From the NCBI GenBank assembly GCA_030648005.1, contig JAUSIP010000004.1, positions 1 to 61,321 on the forward strand: a stretch of 61,321 nt of DNA. Direction: 5' to 3'. The position numbers and the translations under genes are program-made. The notes under the pieces were generated by a model that was not told where the DNA came from, did no database searches, and was given only the letters and a program-made list of their open reading frames with translations. The DNA is from a bacterium. Lineage in GTDB: Bacteria > Patescibacteriota > Minisyncoccia > Phycocordibacterales > UBA12445. Shown here piece by piece: positions 25,104 through 34,604 of the stretch (the first letter of the stretch is position 1; the number at the start of each line of letters is the position of its first letter).

Positions 25104-26887
25104 TATTGCTTCATGATCAAAGTATCATTCAAGAGCAGTCCATCCAGATCAGAGTTGATAAAAGTGTGCCAAGCGTCCTTGGCGTCGCGAACAATCGGCT
25201 CGCCGTGCAGATTAAAAGATGTGTTGAGTACCGCTCCGACACCGGTCAACTTCTCGAAGTTTTGTATCAAGTCATAATATCCAGGGTTCGCCTCCTTCGT
25301 CAGCATCTGCGGTCTGGCAGTGAAGTCGCCAGGGTGAGTAGCAGCTTTCAAGTGCTTGCGGCCAAGTGGTGTCGTATCGTAAGCGACTGTCATATAGGGC
25401 GAACTGAAATTCTTAGGATTTACAAGATAATCCTTAACCCGGTAATCAAGAATAGATGGGGTGAAAGGCATCCAGAAATCGCGGAACTTTATCCTCTCAT
25501 TCAGTAGAGTTATGTTGTCGAAGTTGACCGGGTTACAGAGGATGGACCTATTCCCAAGAGCGCGAGCACCAAACTCCATGCCACCGACACATCGGGCAAT
25601 AATCTTGTCTTTCGCCAGGAGCTTGGCCACCTCCTTGTTTTTTATCTTTCTCACAACTTTATATTTTCCTTCAATCTTGTTTTTCTTTATCAGAGCCTCG
25701 ATCTCGGCAGATGTTATCTGGTAGCCTAAATAAGCGTTTGTAAGCTCCTCTGGTTCTTCTCCCTTATCTACTGAGACCACATATGCCGCACCGATAGCCG
25801 TAGACTCGTCGCTTCCGCTTGGAGGAACGAAAAACTCTTTCAACTTAGGTATCTCGGCCAGAACCTTGTTTGCTTTCACGTTCATAGACACGCCTCCGCT
25901 ATAAACCATAGTATCCACTTTCAAAAACTTCAGAACATTCTTCACCCACTCCACAAGAATATCTTCTAACCACTTCTGCAAACCGCCGGCTATACCGTCG
26001 AAGCGCTGACCCTCGAATTTATCCCTAAAGTAAAAATACAAGTCTGACGGTTTTTCTTTCCATTTGAAATCGAGACCGTCAACCACTAAAGTTTTCTTAA
26101 ATAGATCATAGACAGGCTTACTTATATAATCCTTCGCATATGGAGCCATGCCCATCACCTTATACTCATGCTCAAAAGGCTTCATCCCAAGAAGCAGAGT
26201 GATGTACCTGTAGATTCTGCCTAAATTGCACATACCTGTGCCGTAGATTTTTTTTAACCTTCCGTTCTTCGCCTCATATACTGTGGCATTCTCTCCGTCG
26301 CCTTCACCATCAACCGTAATAACCGCCGTCTTCTTAGTACGATCAATTGGAGATGCATAGTAGGCGTAGTATGCATGACAAAGATGATGATTGAGAAGCA
26401 AGACCTTCTCGGGCGTGATACCCAGATGCTTAACAACTACTTTTATTCTCTCTTGATCAAAAACCTCCCCCCACTTATCTTTAGGCGTAGTCTTAAGAAA
26501 ACTAAAATCGTAATACTCTCTACCCGGATGCTTGAAACGCTCCTCTTCCATCAACTTCTCCCAGAAAGGCGGAGGGGCTTTATGTTCTACAAGTATCGGT
26601 TTCCAGTACTCATACATCTCTCTGATATAGTCGGAGATCTTGAAGGTGGTCATCCGCTTAATCTTGAACTCTTCCGGCCCGCGAAACTGACAGCTATAAG
26701 CGACGAAATCTACATCCTCTTTTTTGATCCCTGTCGCCTTGAGTGCTGCCTCAATAGCCTGATATGGATAGCCAACATCATTCTTTTTGCGCGTGATACG
26801 CTCTTCAGACTCGCAGTATAAAACCTTGCCGTTCTTTAGAACTGCTACCGTACCTAAGTGACTCTCATTTATGCCTAAAATAATCAT
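25103..26887 (-). CDS. carbamoyltransferase (NodU/CmcH family)
   Basis: ILGINESHLGTVAVLKNGKVLYCESEERITRKKND. Its 594 aa is the typical two-domain length. Confidence 0.85.
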   Translation of the reverse strand: MIILGINESHLGTVAVLKNGKVLYCESEERITRKKNDVGYPYQAIEAALKATGIKKEDVDFVAYSCQFRGPEEFKIKRMTTFKISDYIREMYEYWKPILVEHKAPPPFWEKLMEEERFKHPGREYYDFSFLKTTPKDKWGEVFDQERIKVVVKHLGITPEKVLLLNHHLCHAYYAYYASPIDRTKKTAVITVDGEGDGENATVYEAKNGRLKKIYGTGMCNLGRIYRYITLLLGMKPFEHEYKVMGMAPYAKDYISKPVYDLFKKTLVVDGLDFKWKEKPSDLYFYFRDKFEGQRFDGIAGGLQKWLEDILVEWVKNVLKFLKVDTMVYSGGVSMNVKANKVLAEIPKLKEFFVPPSGSDESTAIGAAYVVSVDKGEEPEELTNAYLGYQITSAEIEALIKKNKIEGKYKVVRKIKNKEVAKLLAKDKIIARCVGGMEFGARALGNRSILCNPVNFDNITLLNERIKFRDFWMPFTPSILDYRVKDYLVNPKNFSSPYMTVAYDTTPLGRKHLKAATHPGDFTARPQMLTKEANPGYYDLIQNFEKLTGVGAVLNTSFNLHGEPIVRDAKDAWHTFINSDLDGLLLNDTLIMKQ

Positions 26888-27639
26888 TTTTTGAACTTTC
26901 GTATTATAGACGATAGATACTCCTTTGTCATCTCCAGAGCAGCGAGGCGTCTGCTTTTATAAGTGTAAGTATACTCATCACCTATCTGCGGGCCGAAGAA
27001 CATCTTGAAGTCGGCGACGTTAGACTTCTGGGCTGTGCCGTAGTTGACCGAACCGAGGCCGACGAATTCATACTCACGCTCCTTGCCATATTTGCATATT
27101 TCAAAAATTAATCTTCGTGTCGCCCGGCCGATTATTTTATACAAAGCATGATCTTTTTCTTCCAACCTCTTAGAGAATATAGCCCGTACTTGGAGAACCG
27201 GCCGGAGATCGTAGCACGGCACCGAGGCTATTAGCTCGCCCTTGTAATAGGCGTTGAAGTTTATCACTCCCTCAAACGTCTCGCGCCCCCACGGCTTGCG
27301 CCCCTGCGCTACTTCAAATTTCTTATATAAGTTATATGTAGTATCTACATCCGGATCATTGATCTTAAACTCCAGCTCTGAAATATTATAAGTCTGCGAA
27401 ACCTCCTGCCTTGTCGTCCTGGCAAATCTATCCAGTATCTCTTCAGTAGTTCCGTTCAAATATATATTGGCGAGTTTCTTATGTTTGCACTTAAAGCCCG
27501 AACTCTCTAACCCCAAATCGGAGTAAGATATAACAGTCATCAGATCGTATTTTTTTTTATCTAAAAGTACTCCAAGATCTTCATCCTGATAAAGTACTCG
27601 CAGTGAATCCATAAAGAATTTACTTTTTTTGAAAATCAT
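26884..27639 (-). CDS. hypothetical, FemAB/GNAT-like fold suspected
   Basis: EYEFVGLGSVNYGTAQKSNVADFKMFFG resembles the C-terminal FemAB/BioF2-like motif. There are ATGA overlaps at both ends. Confidence 0.4.
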   Translation of the reverse strand: MIFKKSKFFMDSLRVLYQDEDLGVLLDKKKYDLMTVISYSDLGLESSGFKCKHKKLANIYLNGTTEEILDRFARTTRQEVSQTYNISELEFKINDPDVDTTYNLYKKFEVAQGRKPWGRETFEGVINFNAYYKGELIASVPCYDLRPVLQVRAIFSKRLEEKDHALYKIIGRATRRLIFEICKYGKEREYEFVGLGSVNYGTAQKSNVADFKMFFGPQIGDEYTYTYKSRRLAALEMTKEYLSSIIRKFKK

Positions 27640-29450
27640 TTTTGTCCTATATAAATCGGGAATTTATCGACAGATGACAATACAAACCTCGAAGAATGTA
27701 GAAATCTCTTGCTATTACCAATATTTTCTACATTCTTAAAACCAAGGAGACGCAGTGCGAAAGATTCGTTCCAGATATTATTATAATACTGAGTCAACCG
27801 ACCAAATTCATACTTCTCAACTCGCCAGTGTGGGCCTATCCGAAGCCTGCCAAGATTGTTCCAGATTATACTAAAACTTGTCTTAGTTCTTGGTATCGCC
27901 AACCCATTGTGGCTGGTATATATAAGATGCCCTCCCAACTTCAAAACTCTCTTCATCTCAAGTAGAGCTCCTTCTCGTTCTTCCAAAGAATCTAGATTGT
28001 CTATGCCATTAAAAGAGAAGAATACCGCATCGAAACTGGCGTCTTTAAAATCCAAATGTCTGGCGTCCATCACCCGAAAGTCTATACGTGGAAACTTCTT
28101 CTTGGCCTCTTCTATTAATGGTGCGGCAATATCTACACCGACCACCTTCGCGCCATTATCATATATATAGGAGGTTGTGCGTCCAGCTCCACAACCGAGG
28201 TCCAAGACTACAGATCCTTTTGGCATATATTTTTTTATAACATACTCCTCTCCGGGGCGAAGATACATTTTAGAATACTCCTTTACTGAACTGTTCGAGG
28301 AGAAAGATCTTACATTCTCTTCCTTAATAAAAGACAAGATCTTGGCTGTCCTCTTCTCCCATGTGTATTCATGAACATCACGGAGCGCCTTGTCAGATAT
28401 CGAGGAGGCTAGCTCGCCGTCATCCAAAACCCTTTCCACTGCCGACGCAAGCTCTAAGGAGCTGTCAGGCGCAACGAGAATTGAGTTAGAACTATTAAGA
28501 ACCTCTTTAAGTGACGGGAGCGTCGTCGATATGATTGGCCGGCCGGACGCCATGTATTCAAAAATTTTCAGCGGTGACATATAGTAGCTGTAATGCTCGG
28601 TCTCTGGAAAGGGCGCGATGAGAATATCAAAAGCTTTCAGATAGATCGGCACCAGATCGTGCTTAACCATCCCAGTGCAGATCAGTCTATCCTGCACCGA
28701 AAGTAACTCTGCCTGACCCTCATATATCTCTATGTCCGGCTGATACCCACCAACTAGTACTAAGCAGACATCTTGTCGGCCTATCTGTGACAGCGCCTTA
28801 ACAGCGACGTCGATACCCTTCTCCATCCCCAAAGTACGGAGCATTCCGACATAACCGACTAGTTTTTTGTCCGCTGGCAATCCCAGTTTTTTTCTGGCTT
28901 CATCTTTGGAAATATCTATATCAAACTTATCCAGATTTACCGCATCCGGTGAGATCAGTATCTTATCTTTACTGATACCCAACTTCGACATCCTCTCTTT
29001 TATAAAACCCGTTAGCACTATCAGTAGCTTCGCCCGCTTCAAAATATTTAAATAAGCAAGGCTAGTCTTCTTGGGGATTGAATGAAGCTCCAAAGAGATA
29101 TCCCTGAAGAATACCCCAGCCATAGCATCTCTGGAATACAAAACATCATACTTCTTAAACATAAGCAGAATTCTTGAAAAAATCATGAACGATAACATCT
29201 GCAACAGGAAGGCTAGCTTACTCTCACTTAAAAAGATAAAATCGATACAGGGAACTTTTGTAATTTTAAAATTTCTATCAATACCGTAATATGTAAACGG
29301 ATCTTCTGAAGTAGTGCCAACTCTTCTTGGTACTACAAGCTCCACATCATAACCGTTCTTGGCGAATGCGCTACACATCTGCATAAGTTGGAGCCCATGA
29401 GCAGAAGTTGCCGGCAGTTTTGAATTTGATATATAGATCAGCTTTGGCAT
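27636..29450 (-). CDS. fusion protein: GT4 glycosyltransferase + class I SAM methyltransferase
   Basis: The GT4 C-terminal motif is SPLKIFEYMASGRPIISTTLPSLKEVL. It is followed by the MT motif VLDLGCGAGRTT...VVGVDIA...DAVFFSFNG. ATG 29450 is preferred. Confidence 0.8.
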   Translation of the reverse strand: MPKLIYISNSKLPATSAHGLQLMQMCSAFAKNGYDVELVVPRRVGTTSEDPFTYYGIDRNFKITKVPCIDFIFLSESKLAFLLQMLSFMIFSRILLMFKKYDVLYSRDAMAGVFFRDISLELHSIPKKTSLAYLNILKRAKLLIVLTGFIKERMSKLGISKDKILISPDAVNLDKFDIDISKDEARKKLGLPADKKLVGYVGMLRTLGMEKGIDVAVKALSQIGRQDVCLVLVGGYQPDIEIYEGQAELLSVQDRLICTGMVKHDLVPIYLKAFDILIAPFPETEHYSYYMSPLKIFEYMASGRPIISTTLPSLKEVLNSSNSILVAPDSSLELASAVERVLDDGELASSISDKALRDVHEYTWEKRTAKILSFIKEENVRSFSSNSSVKEYSKMYLRPGEEYVIKKYMPKGSVVLDLGCGAGRTTSYIYDNGAKVVGVDIAAPLIEEAKKKFPRIDFRVMDARHLDFKDASFDAVFFSFNGIDNLDSLEEREGALLEMKRVLKLGGHLIYTSHNGLAIPRTKTSFSIIWNNLGRLRIGPHWRVEKYEFGRLTQYYNNIWNESFALRLLGFKNVENIGNSKRFLHSSRFVLSSVDKFPIYIGQK

Positions 29451-29451
29451 A

Positions 29452-31875
29452 CTACTTTGCAACTTTGAAAATTAAACTGCTGTCTATCTCCGCGACCAGA
29501 GACAAGAACGGCATCTTCTTAAAATTATCAACAAGTCGGCCGTACCCCGGATCATTCTTATCCAATAAAATATAATCTACGGCATATTGCTTCAGCGACT
29601 GCTCAAATCCAAGCTTCTGATATGAATCCACTTTTGCCAAAATCCTGTCTATATATTCTTTTGGAATAAATTCCACCTCCTTGCGAGGTTGTCTAGTAAT
29701 GAAACTTATAATTTTTTTTCGATTACTCTCACTTTGATATCTTTCTATAAACTTATTAGTCCAGATCTCAACATTGTGATGCTTTATGTACTCAACATCG
29801 ATCCCCTCGGTAAAAAAATTCTGTATAACAAAGCGATTCTCCATCTCGTCATCAGAGATCAGAAAAAGTCCGGCGTTGGCATTAGCGAAATTATTATTGT
29901 AAGTGTATATCGGGATCAGATGATTATAATTCTTGCCCAGCGGATATATTGCGGAGTCACGCGGAGAGTTCTTATCGAACCAATCAGCGACGGTCACAAA
30001 CTCCTGCATCTGTCTGAAATTAGAGATATTGAGCTGATCGGCAAAACCTAAGCCGAACTTAATACCGCCCATCTCCCTATATGACAGGCCGATGATCATA
30101 AAAAACATCAAGACTATGGCTGGCCATCTCTTGGATCTTAAGCATATGGCGAAGATAATGAGCATGAAAAGCGTTACCACCCAATAGTAATGCATGGAGA
30201 AGGAGAAAGCCTTACCCGTAATCACGTTCTGCCAGTTTAGAAGTATGCCGGATATAGCCAAAACATAAGCAAAGATTTTTTGTTTCTGATTAGTTATCTT
30301 TCCCGATAAAAATATAACAATGAGAGACAGTGACATTATCGCGACATTCACATATGCTCCCGGCCAATGATTGAATAGGAAGCCGAAGCGCAAATTCTGA
30401 TCCATATAATTTGGGTCAGCCGACGCGAGCTGCATATTTAAGATAAAAGGGGTGGCAAAAAGACCGGCAGGAATAGCAAAGGCCAGAAAATTCTTTATGT
30501 AATAAAGCAAATAGCCCTCCTTAATAACAAGGACAAAAAGCATCAGGCAGTAAACAACGAAGATAGCCGACCAAACGAAGGGATAAATATAGAAGGCGAT
30601 GCCGAAGTCTATCGCAAGAAGTAAGTTATATAGTAAAACTATTTTGGTATCTCTTTTTTCATTATTAACTATCTTCCAGATAAGCAGAAGACCAAGGAAG
30701 AGAAACAGAAAGCTGAACTGCGGATTTATGGGCCTGTTAAAGGCGGAGATGAAGATCAAGTAATAAAGACCGGAGAATAAAACAGATATATTCTTAACTT
30801 CAGTTAAAGAAAAAAACAAGGAGTAGAGCAACAGGACTCCGACGAACGGCAAAAGAAAATCGTTGACGGCAAAAAGTTTCGGTATTGATATATCAAACAA
30901 CCTTGCGGTCTTTTCAAATATTATTCCCGCCAGAGGCTGCTGCAGATACGGGGCGTCCTTATGTTCTTTAAGATAGACCGAACCAAAATTATAATGCCCG
31001 TCATAAGCCTCTCTGGTCATAGACAGATATTGGTCTTCATCGTTGCTCAACATCGGATAAATCCCCCTGAAGTCCGGACCGATCTGCCAGATAGCAGAGA
31101 TCGTAGGTGCAACTATCAGTAGGCTGATGGCGAAAGCCAGCATAAAAATAGACCAATGCTTCTTCAGAGATGAAAGCTTGTCTCGCAACCAGAGATAAGA
31201 TCGGCTTAACTTCAGAGCAAATCCGGCCATTGACGTGTCAGAGTAGATGTCTATTCTGTCGTCTAAAATCTTCGCCCCCTTACTTCGGAGAAGAACTTTA
31301 ACACTCTCATTCTTCGCCCCCTTAGGAAAAACAAAAACATCCGGGTAGCTGTTCTTAATAAAACTTTTTTTTATAAAACTAAAAGCCTTCTCATATTCAG
31401 ATATGACCTCATCGTCCGCCAACCCGGATAACTGCCTGTGATCGTTGCCATGATTAGCTATTGCAAACTTACTGTCGGCAAGTTGGCGGAGATCTTCAAG
31501 TGTGCAGATCTGACGAGAACGATCCTTATCTAGAGTTGCGAAGGTTGCATGGCCGCCAAGCAAAGATGTGTTCACAAAAATAACCGCCGGAAAATTATTC
31601 TCTTTCAAGATCGGCAAAGCGTTCTGATACACATCCTTAAATGCGTCATCAAAGGTGATCAGGACTCCAGACTTACCGTCGAAATACTCTCTTAGGCTGA
31701 TGACACTCCGCCCACTCTCCACCAAAAACTTCATCTGCTTTCGAAAGCTCTCAGTTGTCACAGAGATCGGTGTCGCTCCATCGGAGACAGAATGGTAAGT
31801 CAATACAGTCGATGGGGAGGAAAAAAGCTGATCTACTGCAGATAGTATATAGTTTATGGCTTTTGACAGAATCAT
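29452..31875 (-). CDS. fusion protein: NodB-type polysaccharide deacetylase + large polytopic membrane domain + C-terminal soluble domain
   Basis: N-terminal LITFDDAFKDVYQNALPILKENNFPAVIFVNT...ANHGNDH, then about 12 hydrophobic segments, then a ~200-aa C-terminal region. Confidence 0.7.
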   Translation of the reverse strand: MILSKAINYILSAVDQLFSSPSTVLTYHSVSDGATPISVTTESFRKQMKFLVESGRSVISLREYFDGKSGVLITFDDAFKDVYQNALPILKENNFPAVIFVNTSLLGGHATFATLDKDRSRQICTLEDLRQLADSKFAIANHGNDHRQLSGLADDEVISEYEKAFSFIKKSFIKNSYPDVFVFPKGAKNESVKVLLRSKGAKILDDRIDIYSDTSMAGFALKLSRSYLWLRDKLSSLKKHWSIFMLAFAISLLIVAPTISAIWQIGPDFRGIYPMLSNDEDQYLSMTREAYDGHYNFGSVYLKEHKDAPYLQQPLAGIIFEKTARLFDISIPKLFAVNDFLLPFVGVLLLYSLFFSLTEVKNISVLFSGLYYLIFISAFNRPINPQFSFLFLFLGLLLIWKIVNNEKRDTKIVLLYNLLLAIDFGIAFYIYPFVWSAIFVVYCLMLFVLVIKEGYLLYYIKNFLAFAIPAGLFATPFILNMQLASADPNYMDQNLRFGFLFNHWPGAYVNVAIMSLSLIVIFLSGKITNQKQKIFAYVLAISGILLNWQNVITGKAFSFSMHYYWVVTLFMLIIFAICLRSKRWPAIVLMFFMIIGLSYREMGGIKFGLGFADQLNISNFRQMQEFVTVADWFDKNSPRDSAIYPLGKNYNHLIPIYTYNNNFANANAGLFLISDDEMENRFVIQNFFTEGIDVEYIKHHNVEIWTNKFIERYQSESNRKKIISFITRQPRKEVEFIPKEYIDRILAKVDSYQKLGFEQSLKQYAVDYILLDKNDPGYGRLVDNFKKMPFLSLVAEIDSSLIFKVAK

Positions 31876-31929
31876 AGTATATTATGAATTGAAACCATTA
31901 TAATCAAACGAAAGTTACACTAATATTAT

Positions 31930-33096
31930 ATGAGAATAGCCTTTTTAACCACGCAAGTAAACCTCAAGACCGGTGGCGGATCCAACTTATCTCCGCACCT
32001 AAAGGCGACCTCTATGGCTCTACTTGGCCATCAGGTGAGTATGTTCACCTTCTTTCCGGAGAAGAACTCTTTTTTTGAGAAGACGGCTTACTCACTCATC
32101 GAATCTCCCACCAGGTTCAAAAACTGGATGGCTCTCCAGATAAAAATATTTTTTTTACTTAGAAAACACCAGAACGACTTCGATATCTTCGTATTCGAAG
32201 GAGAGCATTTTATCTGGGGAGCGGGATTGTATCGAACCTTAGGCGGAAAGACTCCCGTCCTTTTGCATTTCAATGGACCAGTCTTCTCGATCTATGAACA
32301 CGGCACAACCTATGCTGCCGGACACGAAGTACAAAAATCTTTAAGGACAAAAATCTCCGATGGCTGGAGGATTTTCTTTGAGAAAAATATTGGTGTACAT
32401 TTCGCAAACCACATTGACGCCTTCACCATCTCTTCACCTATCATGAAGGATTGGATGTCGGACTTCGGACTCAACAGAGACAAAATTGTAGTGCTGTCCG
32501 ACTTTGATGATCTGGAGATATTTTTTAAAAAATCAGAATTGGTCTGCTCTTTCGACAAGAGTAAGACCAATATCATCTATGTCGGAAGGTTAGCTCCGGA
32601 GAAAGGGGTAGATACGCTCTTGAAGGCATTAAGTGAAATGGAAAATAGAAAAAATATAGTAGTCCATATCGTTGGAGACGGCAGAGAGAAAGAGAGATTG
32701 ATAAAGATGTCGCAAGAATACAAACTTGAAGACAGTGTAGTCTTCTATGGCTGGATCGATAAACAAAGACTTAACGGGCTGTATCACGACTCCGACTTCT
32801 TTGTGCATCCGGCAAGGTGGGCGGAGCCATTAGGACTAACTATTCCAGAAGCTATGGCCACGGGACTGCCGGTCATTGTACCGGAAGTGAGTGGTTCAGC
32901 TTGGGCAGCAGGCGAAGCAGGAATAACATTTAAGAATGGTGACTACAAAGACCTAAAAGATAAGCTCAAAAAAATGATCGATGACAAGGGATTAAGGGAG
33001 GGACTAGCAGGGCACGCCGAGAAAGAGGCGAGACGTTTTGAATACAGGAACTCTATAAAACCTTTAGAAAATTTACTTAAAAAAATAACATCATGA
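31930..33096 (+). CDS. GT4 glycosyltransferase
   Basis: YVGRLAPEKG...EPLGLTIPEAMATGLPVIVPEVSG. Confidence 0.8.
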   Translation: MRIAFLTTQVNLKTGGGSNLSPHLKATSMALLGHQVSMFTFFPEKNSFFEKTAYSLIESPTRFKNWMALQIKIFFLLRKHQNDFDIFVFEGEHFIWGAGLYRTLGGKTPVLLHFNGPVFSIYEHGTTYAAGHEVQKSLRTKISDGWRIFFEKNIGVHFANHIDAFTISSPIMKDWMSDFGLNRDKIVVLSDFDDLEIFFKKSELVCSFDKSKTNIIYVGRLAPEKGVDTLLKALSEMENRKNIVVHIVGDGREKERLIKMSQEYKLEDSVVFYGWIDKQRLNGLYHDSDFFVHPARWAEPLGLTIPEAMATGLPVIVPEVSGSAWAAGEAGITFKNGDYKDLKDKLKKMIDDKGLREGLAGHAEKEARRFEYRNSIKPLENLLKKITS

Positions 33097-34604
33097 AAGG
33101 ATGCATAATTTTACAGCGTCAGTTTGCGCTCATGGGCAACGCCATTGCCCTGGAGCTAAAGAATAATTATGGTGTTAAGGAATTCTGCGGATATATTCAC
33201 ACGAGGCGCGCAGAGCAGTTTGTTAAGAATCAGAAAGATATAAATTATTCAAGCCTTATTTTAGATGAGGAACTACATGCTCAATACAAGAACGAGGAAC
33301 TAGATTTGGAATATATCAAAAAGATTGAAGAAGAATATGGCTTACCGAGTCTCTGGCCCTATCTAATCTTAGACCGAAGCTTAATGATGGAGCCTGAATA
33401 TGATATCTCTCCGACTCCACCCTTCACTCATGAAGAATTATTGCGCATATTGCAGGTAAAATTCAGGGAGATTAAAAAATTCTTAGAGAGAGAGAAGCCG
33501 GATTTTGTTGTTGGAGTTAATATTGGTTCCCTTGGAAATTTCGTATTCTACAATGTCGCGAAAAAGATGGGTATAAAAACTTACGCACTGGAATCCGGCA
33601 GAATCAGGAATCTGATAGCTTTTACAGACGATGATAAGATATTAAGCGGTGTTGAAATTATATTTAAAAAAATAAAGGAGGAAGGTTACCAAAGTCCATT
33701 CAAGAAGACGGCTGAGGATTTTCTGTCAGAATTCAGAGCTCATCCTGCACCGCCAGAATATGCAAAAGAAGAGGAACCGGCTTCAAGAAAGAGCCAGATT
33801 TTAGCATTGCCGAAGAAACTATTTACTGGTTTGAAATTCACAACCAAATCCATATTCGACTATTACAACAATCCCTACAGGACAGATTTAACTGTAGAAA
33901 ATCCTATTCAGGTTTTGAAAGATAAAATTGTTAGACGATTAAGAATGCGCCGAAACATGAATAAATTCTACGACAAAGTCGACTTCGGTGAGGATTTCGC
34001 CTTCTTCCCACTCCATTTTGAGCCAGAGATCGCCACTCTGCTTTATGCGCCTTTCTACGCAAACCAGCTCAACCTTATCAGCCAAATCGCCAAGTCTCTG
34101 CCGATAGGATTCAAACTATATGTGAAAGAGCATCCCGCCATGCTTGAATACCGCCCGACAGAATATTATAAAGAGATGAAGAAGATCCCTAATGTGAAGC
34201 TTGTACCAACCAGCACCTCATCCTTTGACCTAATGAAACATGGCAAGTTAATGACCGTTATCACCGGCACTGTAGGCCTGGAGGCAACCTTCCTTAGGAA
34301 ACCCGTCATCACTTTCGGCGAGGTCTTCTTCAACAAACTCTCTATGATCAAGAGGTGTGGAGCCATAGAAAATCTGCCTGCGCTGATTAAGGATAGACTG
34401 CATAACTACAGATACGATGACCAGGAAGTGCTAGACTTCGTGACAGCCATCTTCGAAGACTCCGTACCCTTCGACTTCATGGGACTATGGGTCAAAGGCG
34501 GAAGCTATGAGACAATAAAGAGCGATAAGATGTTCCCTGCCTTCGTGGCCAGCCTGACCAAAAAGATAGGGCTAAAGCCAACTACTAATACGAGCAAGCA
34601 ATAG
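33093..34604 (+). CDS. capsule polysaccharide biosynthesis protein (KpsS/KpsC-like Capsule_synth family)
   Basis: FFPLHFEPEIATLLYAPFYANQLNLISQIAKSLPIGFKLYVKEHPAM...VITGTVGLEATFLRKPVITFG. Confidence 0.55.
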   Translation: MKGCIILQRQFALMGNAIALELKNNYGVKEFCGYIHTRRAEQFVKNQKDINYSSLILDEELHAQYKNEELDLEYIKKIEEEYGLPSLWPYLILDRSLMMEPEYDISPTPPFTHEELLRILQVKFREIKKFLEREKPDFVVGVNIGSLGNFVFYNVAKKMGIKTYALESGRIRNLIAFTDDDKILSGVEIIFKKIKEEGYQSPFKKTAEDFLSEFRAHPAPPEYAKEEEPASRKSQILALPKKLFTGLKFTTKSIFDYYNNPYRTDLTVENPIQVLKDKIVRRLRMRRNMNKFYDKVDFGEDFAFFPLHFEPEIATLLYAPFYANQLNLISQIAKSLPIGFKLYVKEHPAMLEYRPTEYYKEMKKIPNVKLVPTSTSSFDLMKHGKLMTVITGTVGLEATFLRKPVITFGEVFFNKLSMIKRCGAIENLPALIKDRLHNYRYDDQEVLDFVTAIFEDSVPFDFMGLWVKGGSYETIKSDKMFPAFVASLTKKIGLKPTTNTSKQ

